53,090 nt of DNA, from the NCBI RefSeq assembly GCF_001194135.2, contig NC_068987.1:33379148-33432237 (forward strand), read 5' to 3'. A program made the translations under genes and the position numbers. The notes under the pieces are model-generated. The model had not been told where the DNA came from. It ran no database searches and was given only the letters and a program-made list of their open reading frames with translations. The DNA comes from Octopus bimaculoides. Taxonomy: Eukaryota. Shown in pieces: positions 1-11,819 of this stretch; position 1 is the stretch's first letter, and every line of letters begins with the position of its first letter.

Positions 1-2470
1 AATGTAAATATGAAAGATCATGTAAGCTCCGATACTTTATGAATGCGGCCCTTTGCCATACTTCTTTTGCATCCAGTTCTGAGCGCTTTCATTGACAGAG
101 ATGTAGTAAATAATTTATTGGCCTGTTGCAAATCTACAAAGGAAATGACGTTATTGTTTATTTATTACGATATAAAATAAACACTAAGTGATGAGAATTG
201 TATTAATTACTTTCAGATGCAGAAAATAAACAAAAACTGAAGAAATCAATTATGTTTTCATTAACTAAATAAGTATTTCACCCTATCTATGTTGTTAGGT
301 TTCCTTGCATCAAATGTTGACACTAATTTAACCATTTAATTACCTGTCCCTATATTTGTTTACCCAAAATTATTTGTAATTAAGTATTAAGGTTCATTGA
401 TAAAATATCTCAATACTAACTTAACTATCACAATTTCTGTCTCTCCAGTTATTTCTGTATCTGCTTGAATACATATTTATTTATGTTACTTCACTAGAAT
501 AACCCAAATTATCGCTAAGTTAAAAAGGTACGTTTTAATAATCGTAATTACTTACGAATGTTCGCTGAACCAATAATTTTTCACTCGGAATAATACCAAT
601 TTAGATTTTTTTTTGTTTCAGCCAATACTAATCGAATGGAGCACTTAAATTAATTCACAGTAAAGATGATAGGTCAATGTTCGGGAAACTAAATCGCCAG
701 ATAACCTCGATATAACTCTACAACATTGTCTACAATTTTAAATTTACGAGATATAAAGTGATTTAGTCAGGCACACAAGTCGATAATTATTTCTAACACA
801 TTCACAAAGCCGTCACCAGTACATTTTATTATATGGACCATGGGTGGGTGAAACTCGATTGCTACTTGATTTCATATATTTGGATAAGGATCAGAAAATC
901 TGATCTGAGACAAAAAACGAGCAATGAATTTGCACTAAACATTTTGCATGAAGCTCTTGCAAGTCTACACTTCACCATCATTTGAGAGAATAATGCCATA
1001 ATATCAAAATACTGATTAACATAATAATACCGTCTTAAGGCATGGAGACACTGAGTAGTTTCTCGAGTGTCCCACAAGTCTAGGGATCAAATTCTGATCA
1101 ATGTATGCTTTACCTTGCTGTCAATAAATACATACTGTAGGGCTCAATTCATTGATTTGTCCGTGGTACCTGCATTACTGTTAAGACAGCCCTGCAAAAT
1201 ATTCATTTGCTATATAAGAAGGAATTTGCATATCAGAAACACTAAAGTGTTCGTATCAGGTACAAAACTACTTATTTTCTGATCCTTCACTATAAATGAC
1301 GGTACAAAGATTGTGTAAACTTATATATAAAAATAGTGCACTTAGAATCGATTTGTGAATAGATATTTAAAAAGCAAATGGAATGATTTATGCAGTAATA
1401 GTCCAGTGATATAATTACATTACTATTTCATGTATATTCCTGTGTGTACATGTACCCCAGTGTGAAACACAATACACTGTAATTTATCATTACTGAGAAT
1501 TGAGCTTGTTACATTTTGCCATGTTAATTCCGCCTACGAATGTGCATGTTACTGGAATACTTGAGACCTCAATTCATTGAGAGGGTAGTTGGGCAAACAA
1601 CTGAGTATACATCCTTATAATCCACCGAGATCTATCTATCTATCTATCTGTCTGTCTGTCTGTTCATATATCTGTCTCTCTCAGTCTGTCCAGATGCCTG
1701 CCAGTCTGTCTGTTTGCCCGACTGTCTGTATACTTGAACGTGAAGTATACGGCTGCAGATAACAAGAAGAAAAAAACTGAGAATTTTAAAGACCGCTGCG
1801 GTTAGCTCTGTAACAGATTGGAGTCAGGACATTGCAAAACTAGAGTTATGAACAATGCATGCTCTGACAGAATNNNNNNNNNNNNNNNNNNNNNNNNNNN
1901 NNNNNNNNNNNNNNNNNNNNNNNNNNNNNNNNNNNNNNNNNNNNNNNNNNNNNNNNNNNNNNNNNNNNNNNNNGTGCATACATATATTCATATGTATTTA
2001 TGTGTATGTATATATATAAACATATATATAAATAAATATATATATAAAAAAATACATATGCGTGTTCATATTATATATATTGATATGTGTACATATATTT
2101 GTTTACATACGCACACACACACATATACGTATATGTAAGCGTTTGTGTATATGCATGTATATCTGTATGTGCTTACACTAAACTCTGTAAGTGTAAGACA
2201 TAAAACTACTAAATGTAAGATATAATATTTCGATAAGTTTAGCAACCTCGGTAGATTGCTAGGCGTGTTATGACTATATGTGTGTTTAGTTTCTTATCTT
2301 TTATGACTTGTTTCCCATCTCATTGCGATATGATAGAAAATATGATATTGATAAATGATGGTAATTGTGTTAGAAAAACGAAGTATATGTGTGTGCGTGA
2401 GAGAGAGAGAATGAGAGAGAGAGAGAGAATGAGAGAGAGAGAGAGAGAGAGAGGAACAGAAAGAGAGTGA

Positions 2471-2546
<76 letters not shown>

Positions 2547-4551
2547 NNNNNNNNNNNNNNNNNNNNNNNNNNNNNNNNNNNNNNNNNNNNNNNNNNNNNN
2601 NNNNNNNNNNNNNNNNNNNNNNNNNNNNNNNNNNNNNNNNNNNNNNNNNNNNNNNNNNNNNNNNNNNNNNNNNNNNNNNNNNNNNNNNNNNNNNNNNNNN
2701 NNNNNNNNNNNNNNNNNNNNNNNNNNNNNNNNNNNNNNNNNNNNNNNNNNNNNNNNNNNNNNNNNNNNNNNNNNNNNNNNNNNNNNNNNNNNNNNNNNNN
2801 NNNNNNNNNNNNNNNNNNNNNNNNNNNNNNNNNNNNNNNNNNNNNNNNNNNNNNNNNNNNNNNNNNNNNNNNNNNNNNNNNNNNNNNNNNNNNNNNNNNN
2901 NNNNNNNNNNNNNNNNNNNNNNNNNNNNNNNNNNNNNNNNNNNNNNNNNNNNNNNNNNNNNNNNNNNNNNNNNNNNNNNNNNNNNNNNNNNNNNNNNNNN
3001 NNNNNNNNNNNNNNNNNNNNNNNNNNNNNNNNNNNNNNNNNNNNNNNNNNNNNNNNNNNNNNNNNNNNNNNNNNNNNNNNNNNNNNNNNNNNNNNNNNNN
3101 NNNNNNNNNNNNNNNNNNNNNNNNNNNNNNNNNNNNNNNNNNNNNNNNNNNNNNNNNNNNNNNNNNNNNNNNNNNNNNNNNNNNNNNNNNNNNNNNNNNN
3201 NNNNNNNNNNNNNNNNNNNNNNNNNNNNNNNNNNNNNNNNNNNNNATCAAGATTTCACCACCCCTTGTCAGAAAATGGCTTCCAGCGTTCGGAGACATTG
3301 TATGTAAGAATTAATTGCAGACGTATCCAATTGAAGAAAAGTGAAGATAAAAGTTTAGTGAAGAAGTATGGAATAAATAGAGAAAATGGGGTGGGGCGGC
3401 AGTCTTTCAAAACTATGTTTGCAGGAAACAGCTTCAGGAGTTGTGAAGAATGAATTTCTAGTTAGTCTGTTTATGAGAAGTATTCTATTGGATCTCTGTC
3501 TAACCACGTCTTTTAAGGTACACACACATACATAGAAAATGTGAGGTCATGGTAGAAAGTTTTTACGATAGTTGATTTATGGAAAAGATTATGTTTAATG
3601 TTTGAAATGCAAATCTGTGAATGGAAATTAAGTTCAGACGTCTACATGGTAGGTAGACGTGGTAGAAATAGCAGCCAAATCTCCATCAACACACCATAAT
3701 GCGACAATTCTGCGTATTATGTAGTTTGAATGAGAAACTGTAAAGTGTGTGATCAACTGGTTGTGTTAATGGCAAAAGAAAGGGGAATTGCATCAGAAAA
3801 AGTTTTAATCGATGTTCTCGATAAGTATGGTGGCTAGGAAAAAGTAGGAGAGGCATTAAGAAGTTCACGTTAAGAATTGCTTATACAGAAAATGAAGCTG
3901 TAAGAATTATCAGGGAAATTGTATGTAAGAATTAATAGCAGACGAATCCAATTTAAGAAAAGTGAAGGTAAAAAGCTAAGTGAAGAAGTATTGAATAAAT
4001 AATTGTTATACGCTTAGAGAAAAACAATTTATATTATAGAATAGATACATACCTATCGAATACGAAAATGTATGTGAGAGCTATTGTATTGGACGTGTGT
4101 ATAATCATAGAGAAAGTGAAAGAAATATGAAATGGACGTGTGTGTGTGTGTGTGTGTTTTGTGGCTAATTTGGCGTGCGTTTTGCAGTCAGCAGGAGGTG
4201 GATTGTGTTTCATCTCTCAATGAATGACCGGACAAGTGAAAATATATTTCTATGTGTTTTGAGGAAAGGGGATCTTTTGAAGTGGGCATCAATGAAAGNN
4301 NNNNNNNNNNNNNNNNNNNNNNNNNNNNNNNNNNNNNNNNNNNNNNNNNNNNNNNNNNNNNNNNNNNNNNNTATATATATATATATATATATATATACAT
4401 ACACACATGCACACAAGTAATGAATAAGTGCTGGAAACAAATGCTGCAATAATGATTTTGGGGGAAAAATATTTTTCACCAAGTCCAGTGTATATGCACA
4501 GCGCCTATTACTGGCAGTATACAGTAATAACATTTGTAAGCTCATTTTGTT

Positions 4552-6215
4552 ATAATTGAATTTTAAATTAATATGTTGGTGAATGTATAGGATACTCTTA
4601 TTTTGTAAGTATAATACTATTTTAAAACTTTTTAACTAAACTGAACATAAATCCAATTAATCTATACATCAATTCCAGTAATTTTTATGAAGACTTTTTA
4701 CTATCAAAGAGATATCAATGATGTCTTATGAAAATGACGGCATTGTAGTTAATTCCACATCTTCAAATATATAAAACATTTTTCCTTTGCTCTTTACAAG
4801 AGAGTGTGTTAAAATATAGATAGAAAGGCATTTTTTTGCTAAGTTTATTTTTACAGACATTCAATACACATTATAGCCAACACTGAGTTTTACTACAACG
4901 TTTACTACAACGTTTCGTATCGAGACATCACATGTAAACAATCAATGAGATCGAAAACAAAACTGGGTAATGCGTGAAAATGCCACATTTCGTGGCGTTT
5001 TGCTCCTTCATCAACACTCATACATACCATTCGCAGCTCCGAACATGTTGCTTGTATATCCACTGCCTACAGTGGTGTTAAGTTATTGGATATATCAATT
5101 TGCATATTAACCGCATTTCTGTTACTGATACGTAAATGCTAATGATTTGTAGGTACGTAATATTTCGTTATGCAACCGTAATATACTATAAAGTATACTA
5201 AATATTTCTATAGGCTAATACGACGTTCTACTGAGTTAGTAGTGCTTTTTACATTATATTATCAAGGTTATTTCTACTGATATTCTTTAGAAATTATAAC
5301 CAGCGCTGATTGTTGCTACAACGTTTTGCATCAATTAGTTTCACTATAACAACAACCTGTTATTATAGTGGAAATGGCTTTTTAATGACTGTGTTGCCTT
5401 GTCTGCATCTTGTTTTGCAATGTGTGATAAAAGAAAGTGAAAATCCCAACAAAAACGGGGAAATTCCAAATGACATTGGACAGATATACTGGAAATTCGC
5501 TTCTCCAGTTTTAAGTAGGGCGGTGGGGCACAATGAGATATATCTACTGTATTTTGACGTTGAGAAAAATATAATAAAAAGCATTTATTACCTCACAAAA
5601 CTGTATCAGCTGAGCAAATGACCTTCTCTAAATGTATTACAAACACCAAAACATATTCAGAATACTATTTCAGAAAATTATATCTGTTCTCTTTGAGCAT
5701 ATTAAAGTCAAATTTAGATAGGGCAAAATGAGTAGGACAAGATCGAATGTGTTGCTTAAATCGTACACAAAGTATGAAATTTAAGCAGATTTTCAGAAAA
5801 GCTGTCCCATATAAGTTGGAATTTCCATGTTTCTGTCTGGATTTTAACTTTCTTTTTTTCACGCGTTGCAAAACAAGATGCAGACAGCGCATCACAGTCA
5901 TTAAATAAAGATTTTCACTATAATAACAGATTGTTATTATAGTGAAAATCTACCTGTCTATCTATCGTTCACACACTCTCTCGTAAAGAGCAAAGACACA
6001 AATGATGTATATGTATGACGAGCTAGTATTAAATACAATGCCGTCATTTTCATAAGAAAACATTGCTGTCGCTTTGACAGTAAAAAATCTTCATTAAAAA
6101 TACTGAAATTGATTTATTGGGTTATTGGATTTTATTTTCAGTTTGGTTAATATTTTTTTTTAAATATGAGTATACTTACAAAATAACAGTATACTATGCA
6201 TCCATCATTATTCCA
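4552..6215. mobile_element. Large degenerate foldback: long inverted arms (TIR element or two head-to-head copies of one repeat), left arm interrupted by an insertion
   Basis: 4570-4828 aligns to the reverse complement of 5951-6215 (e.g. cttatgaaaatgacggcattgta / tacaatgccgtcattttcataag). 5338-5500 aligns to the reverse complement of 5785-5950 (e.g. tgtctgcatcttgttttgcaa / ttgcaaaacaagatgcagaca). The two right-hand blocks are contiguous; the left ones are separated by ~510 bp. No transposase ORF seen. Confidence 0.75.
4874..5334 (-). mobile_element. Probable Penelope-like pseudo-LTR remnant inserted in the foldback's left arm
   Basis: Imperfect direct repeats near both ends (tagccaacactgagttttactacaacgttt at 4874; taaccagcgctgattgttgctacaacgttt at 5297), with degenerate TTGATGA...GAAA and GAAACGTT motifs on the minus strand. 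Confidence 0.35.
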
Positions 6216-7688
6216 TTAAATATGATTATGGGAGAAAAATATTGAAAAATATCAATATATATCAGAGTGAAAAACAAACGAGGAAGGTATCAGGTGGTCT
6301 GGAGATGTGTGAACAGCTGAAACTGTTATATTGTTTAGAATTTTGAGAAAAAGTTTGTTTACTGGTGTATTTTACTCAGAAATTCATACTATTAAACAAA
6401 AAGAAAAAACGGAAAACAATTTAAATGTAGTTATATGGAATGCTTAAACCAGAATTCCCCCAAATGTTCACTATAGTTTTTTCACGATTTGCTAGAGTCG
6501 ATCTCTTCCTGATATCTTTACGCCACAAGGAGTTACAGAGGAAATATTTTTGAAATTCGTCATTACTCATCTTGTCCCAATTTAGACTTCTTTTAAAACT
6601 TGTCAAATTAGACATTAATGTAGCAAAACATTCACGTGGAATAAAAAGTGAAGAGAATATTGNNNNNNNNNNNNNNNNNNNNNNNNNNNNNNNNNNNNNN
6701 NNNNNNNNNNNNNNNNNNNNNNNNNNNNNNNNNNNNNNNNNNNNNNNNNNNNNNNNNNNNNNNNNNNNNNNNNNNNNNNNNNNNNNNNNNNNNNNNNNNN
6801 NNNNNNNNNNNNNNNNNNNNNNNNNNNNNNNNNNNNNNNNNNNNNNNNNNNNNNNNNNNNNNNNNNNNNNNNNNNNNNNNNNNNNNNNNNNNNNNNNNNN
6901 NNNNNNNNNNNNNNNNNNNNNNNNNNNNNNNNNNNNNNNNNNNNNNNNNNNNNNNNNNNNNNNNNNNNNNNNNNNNNNNNNNNNNNNNNNNNNNNNNNNN
7001 NNNNNNNNNNNNNNNNNNNNNNNNNNNNNNNNNNNNNNNNNNNNNNNNNNNNNNNNNNNNNNNNNNNNNNNNNNNNNNNNNNNNNNNNNNNNNNNNNNNN
7101 NNNNNNNNNNNNNNNNNNNNNNNNNNNNNNNNNNNNNNNNNNNNNNNNNNNNNNNNNNNNNNNNNNNNNNNNNNNNNNNNNNNNNNNNNNNNNNNNNNNN
7201 NNNNNNNNNNNNNNNNNNNNNNNNNNNNNNNNNNNNNNNNNNNNNNNNNNNNNNNNNACTTATATGTAATAACTCTAAAGCCTAAAAGCAAAATGTTTTT
7301 ACTTGTTGAGAGATTTAATTTAATAATTGAAACTAAATTCAAAATTTGCATTTTGGAACGTATTTTTTACTGAAATAACACTAACGTTTTTGATGCCCCA
7401 TTGAAATAATATAGTTTACATGTGACAATATATGTGTGCTCGTGTATGTGTATGTGTGTGTGTGCCTGCATGCGTGCGCGTTTCATGGTTTGTGTGCCTA
7501 GAAATGCAAGTGGTCAATTGTTTGTCATTTCTCAGTCATGCGTTGAAAAAATGAATTTTAACTATAGACGACTTCTGTCTGTCAGTGTATTTCTGTAGAT
7601 ACATACGTACATACATGCATACACACACACACCCACACATACACACACATACACACACGCACACACACACACACACACATATATATAT

Positions 7689-7918
7689 GAGATGATGATG
7701 GTCGTCCACTCGTGACCGAGGAAGACCATTGCCGAATTTCAGGAACAGGGTCCGCTCTAGGACTAACTTATATTTTGCATTTGCCGCTCCGTTGATGGCT
7801 AACGAGCCCTGCTCTTGACAAGCATACACGACTGCAAACATTGCAGATTAAGCTTTCGCCATTCACTATATGAAGAAATTAAGCGAGCTGCGTAAAAGCG
7901 CACAGCTCACTTAAGTTC
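7689..7918 (-). mobile_element. RTE-clade LINE 3' end
   Basis: Minus strand reads SLICNVCSRVCLSRAGLVSHQRS, the C-terminal C2H2-like motif of RTE/BovB-type ORFs. A short 3' UTR ending in an (ATC)n tail follows. Confidence 0.8.
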
Positions 7919-8535
7919 NNNNNNNNNNNNNNNNNNNNNNNNNNNNNNNNNNNNNNNNNNNNNNNNNNNNNNNNNNNNNNNNNNNNNNNNNNNNNNNNNN
8001 NNNNNNNNNNNNNNNNNNNNNNNNNNNNNNNNNNNNNNNNNNNNNNNNNNNNNNNNNNNNNNNNNNNNNNNNNNNNNNNNNNNNNNNNNNNNNNNNNNNN
8101 NNNNNNNNNNNNNNNNNNNNNNNNNNNNNNNNNNNNNNNNNNNNNNNNNNNNNNNNNNNNNNNNNNNNNNNNNNNNNNNNNNNNNNNNNNNNNNNNNNNN
8201 NNNNNNNNNNNNNNNNNNNNNNNNNNNNNNNNNNNNNNNNNNNNNNNNNNNNNNNNNNNNNNNNNNNNNNNNNNNNNNNNNNNNNNNNNNNNNNNNNNNN
8301 NNNNNNNNNNNNNNNNNNNNNNNNNNNNNNNNNNNNNNNNNNNNNNNNNNNNNNNNNNNNNNNNNNNNNNNNNNNNNNNNNNNNNNNNNNNNNNNNNNNN
8401 NNNNNNNNNNNNNNNNNNNNNNNNNNNNNNNNNNNNNNNNNNNNNNNNNNNNNNNNNNNNNNNNNNNNNNNNNNNNNNNNNNNNNNNNNNNNNNNNNNNN
8501 NNNNATATATAAATATATATATATATATATACACA

Positions 8536-8814
8536 ATAGTATTTTCCCTATCTTCCTGTAAATATTTTTGGGGTTACTTTTGAACATGTTGTCGTTGAAG
8601 AATCTTACGCGCTTTTCATACCTTTCCATATCGGGCAGCCGTAGCACATACCTTTGATAGGTTCTATGGTAATATCGCTGTCAAATATGGCTTTTGTTGG
8701 TTTGATAATCTTGTCAATATTAAGGATTTTAAACATTCTATGTCAGATCTAAGTAGCTGAATTTGGTGTTTAATGCGTCTTGCCCAGAACGCTTTTGTTT
8801 TGTAATCTTTTCAC

Positions 8815-8815
<1 letters not shown>
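8536..8815 (-). mobile_element. R4/Dong-clade RLE retrotransposon fragment (region upstream of RT)
   Basis: Minus strand ERYEKRVRFFNDNMFKSNPKNIYRKIGK resembles the RYxKRxxFxxxNxMFxxNPKxFYRxLG segment of R4/Dong ORFs. Abuts a (TAA)n array. Confidence 0.65.
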
Positions 8816-8862
<47 letters not shown>

Positions 8863-8915
8863 CATTATTATTATTATTATTGTTGTTGTTGTTGTTGTTG
8901 TTATTGTTATTGTTG
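8816..8915. repeat. (TTA)n/(TTG)n microsatellite; serves as the (TAA)n tail of the adjacent minus-strand element
   Basis: Directly visible; source of the poly-Leu ORF. Confidence 0.95.
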
Positions 8916-9076
8916 TCATGTGATGTAAATTCGCAGCTTATTTTGCTGGGTATGTTACAAAGTGTCAGCTGTCCAAAGCCAGGAGATTAAGGTATCATGT
9001 GTTTACTAATCATACATCAAAAATCCTGCGAAGAATTCTTGCAGTTCCAAGCAAAGCTGTTACATTGTTTTCCTAG
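8916..9076 (-). mobile_element. R4/Dong-clade 3' end and 3' UTR
   Basis: Homologous to 9626-9780 (shared ttttgctg...aaagtgtcagctg and ctgcgaagaatt). Encodes the degenerate terminal ...ARILRRI segment, followed by the TAA tail. Confidence 0.65.
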
Positions 9077-9269
9077 TCTAGGCAAAAGGCCCGAAATGTT
9101 TCGTGAGGAGGCCGGTCGATTAGATCGACTACAGTACGCTAGTGGTACATAATTTATCCACCCCCGAAAGAATGAAAGGCAAAGTCGACCTCGGCAGAAA
9201 TTGAACTCAGACGAATTACCCCTAAGCATTTCGTCCGGCGTGCTAACGTTTGTGCCAGCTCGCCGCCTT
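9077..9269 (-). mobile_element. tRNA-derived SINE (octopus family beginning GGCGGCGAGCTGGCAGAA)
   Basis: Minus strand GGCGGCGAGCTGGCACAAACGTTAGCACGCCGG...GAGTTCAATTTCTGCCGAGGTCGACTTTGCCTTTCA has A-box/B-box-like motifs. At least six other copies are in the window. Confidence 0.85.
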
Positions 9270-9536
9270 AAGCAATGCTGATTCTTGTAGCTACACTTCT
9301 GCTGAGTTACTTTAGTCCTTTATATAAACTAAAAAAAAAATGAATTAGACTGACATTTATTTTGAACCTGTGGAAGTTACACGAGATGCCGAAATATTGT
9401 TCAAACACAAATAAATAAGTTACTTTCGAGTTGCGCTTTTTGTCATTAAGTTGGCCTTGGTGATGGATTAAGTCAGCTATGTTTACCTTAGTGATAGATT
9501 GTGTCAATCGTATACAAAATAATAAAGAACTTTTTT

Positions 9537-9537
9537 C

Positions 9538-9610
<73 letters not shown>

Positions 9611-9625
9611 GTTATTATTATTATC
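9537..9625. repeat. (TTA)n microsatellite, tail of the adjacent R4/Dong copy
   Basis: Directly visible. Confidence 0.95.
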
Positions 9626-10422
9626 ATTATGTGATGAAAACTCACATCATATTTTGCTGTGTATGATGGAAAGTGTCAGCTGCTCAGAGCCAGAAGACTA
9701 AAATGAAACTTGTTTACTGGTCATGCTTCAAGAACTCTGCGAAGAATTTTTGCATTTGGAAGCAATGCTGAGTTTTGTAGGTATTCTACCTTCACATTTC
9801 CACCGATCTTTTGCAGTCATGTTAGTAGTTGAGTGTTGATACTTCCAAATGCACCAATTACAATTGCTATCCCCTCTACTCTCTTCATTGACCACAACCT
9901 TTGTATTTCCCACTTCAAATCGTCATAGTTATTTATTCTTTCTTATTTTTCACACTGATCCTCTTGTCACCATGTTGATTATCATACATGTTCTTACTTT
10001 TGTATTTACCACAACAATGTTCGGCTTCCAATGTCTGATCGGGTGATCACACTGGACCATTGCACCCCACAAGATTTTGCAATTCTCATTTTCGGCTGCT
10101 CATTCCGGCGTTTGCACATACCACTTCTTAGCTTCTTTGTAAGCCGTGATTTCCAATGGATCATTCTTGCTACGTTGTTATGGCTTCTTTTGGATTTGCG
10201 TTGAGCCAATTTGGACATTCGCTAACGGTGTGCCATACCGTTTAGCCCTTCACACCACACATTCTGCCATTATCGCTATCAGTAGTGTTGACTATTCGGC
10301 ACTGCATATAGTTGGTCCATAACGCTTGTTAATCAGCAGCGTATATGTGTGCTTCTGTCTCTATCTTCAGAAAACTCTTCCTCATCAATAGCCACTAGAC
10401 ATCTGTATCTGTCTTGGCGTTC
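9626..10422 (-). mobile_element. R4/Dong-clade retrotransposon 3' portion (CCHC finger and restriction-like endonuclease), decayed
   Basis: Minus strand: ETEAHIYAAD, GRMCGVKG*TVWHTVSEC (CCHC), KILWGAMVQCDHPIRHWKPNIVVV (PD-(D/E)xK-like), YDDLKWEIQRLW, IVIGAFG, LQNSALLPNAKILRRVL. Stops and frameshifts present; ends in (TAA)n. Confidence 0.9.
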
Positions 10423-11060
10423 NNNNNNNNNNNNNNNNNNNNNNNNNNNNNNNNNNNNNNNNNNNNNNNNNNNNNNNNNNNNNNNNNNNNNNNNNNNNNN
10501 NNNNNNNNNNNNNNNNNNNNNNNNNNNNNNNNNNNNNNNNNNNNNNNNNNNNNNNNNNNNNNNNNNNNNNNNNNNNNNNNNNNNNNNNNNNNNNNNNNNN
10601 NNNNNNNNNNNNNNNNNNNNNNNNNNNNNNNNNNNNNNNNNNNNNNNNNNNNNNNNNNNNNNNNNNNNNNNNNNNNNNNNNNNNNNNNNNNNNNNNNNNN
10701 NNNNNNNNNNNNNNNNNNNNNNNNNNNNNNNNNNNNNNNNNNNNNNNNNNNNNNNNNNNNNNNNNNNNNNNNNNNNNNNNNNNNNNNNNNNNNNNNNNNN
10801 NNNNNNNNNNNNNNNNNNNNNNNNNNNNNNNNNNNNNNNNNNNNNNNNNNNNNNNNNNNNNNNNNNNNNNNNNNNNNNNNNNNNNNNNNNNNNNNNNNNN
10901 NNNNNNNNNNNNNNNNNNNNNNNNNNNNNNNNNNNNNNNNNNNNNNNNNNNNNNNNNNNNNNNNNNNNNNNNNNNNNNNNNNNNNNNNNNNNNNNNNNNN
11001 NNNNNNNNNNNNNNNNNNNNNNNNNNNNNNNNNNNNNNNNNNNNNNNNNNNNNNNNNNNN

Positions 11061-11154
<94 letters not shown>
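11061..11154. repeat. (TTA)n microsatellite next to an assembly gap
   Basis: Directly visible. Confidence 0.95.
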
Positions 11155-11169
11155 CTAGAAACTATTAAT

Positions 11170-11560
11170 GCAGACACTACACGGATTTACTAGACAAATC
11201 ATATGAGATATGCCATAGTGACCTTTACGAGAGGAAAATTGAGAAGAAAAAAAATGACTAATTTTAAGCTAGATAGATAATCTAAGACAGGTGAATTAAA
11301 CCAGGCAGAATTGTGAAATATTTAGGAATCAATAAACGAGACTGGGTACAAGAACAGATTGGGAAGGTATATTACAAATGCTTTAGATTAATATTTGAAA
11401 CAATGCTAGATGCAAATAAAAATGTAAGATAAATAAATATAAGGTAATAGGCATCTATATACCAGTTTTCGCAAACAGCAGTTACTGTTATAGTATTTTC
11501 AAGTGGACACTTAAATGACCAGAAAATCTTATCTAGAAAAAGCGGGGAAATTATACCTCC
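11170..11560 (+). mobile_element. R4/Dong-clade fragment (RT C-terminus/thumb), heavily decayed
   Basis: Plus strand pieces AIVTFTRGKL, KYLGIN, GKVYYKCFRLIFETMLDANKN and YCYSIFKWT match the order of motifs in R4-type ORFs. Confidence 0.6.
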
Positions 11561-11561
11561 G

Positions 11562-11745
11562 TCTATAACCATATGTGCGTGACATGATGATGTCATATCA
11601 AAATAAAAACGCGCATGATCTTGCAGGTGGGGTCCAGTTAGAATTTCCTTCAGGTCAATTAGCCCATCTTTCTCAAAAGGTCTCTGAATAAGCATTGTTT
11701 AAGCTTGATGAACAAAACACAGACGTTTCCAGGGGTGAATAATTG
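11562..11745 (-). repeat. Partial copy of the ~570 bp TAA-tailed dispersed repeat (see 15028-15600)
   Basis: tgcaggtggggtccagttagaatttccttcaggtcaattagcccatc...caaaaggtc aligns with the reverse complement of ~15290-15460. Confidence 0.7.
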
Positions 11746-11819
11746 TTATTGTTGCTATTGTTTCTGTTGATGCTTTTTTAAGCAGTGTAGACGGAGAATG
11801 CACCGGGGTATTTAGTCAT

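Noticed and set aside
50-135. Possible minus-strand 72-nt exon (DLQQANKLFTTSLSMKALRTGCKR)
   Set aside because: Plausible AG/GT ends, but no homology and no partner exons in the window.
1020-1115. Minus-strand peptide TLIRI*SLDLWDTRETTQCLHAL with a WD40-like flavour
   Set aside because: In-frame stop, no further WD repeats and weak splice context; likely coincidence.
4900-5020. Two further hammerhead-like remnants on the minus strand (TTGATGA..GAAATGTG; ..GATACGAAACGTT)
   Set aside because: Core, stems and cleavage triplet are too degenerate to call ribozymes; kept only as support for a PLE-derived insertion.
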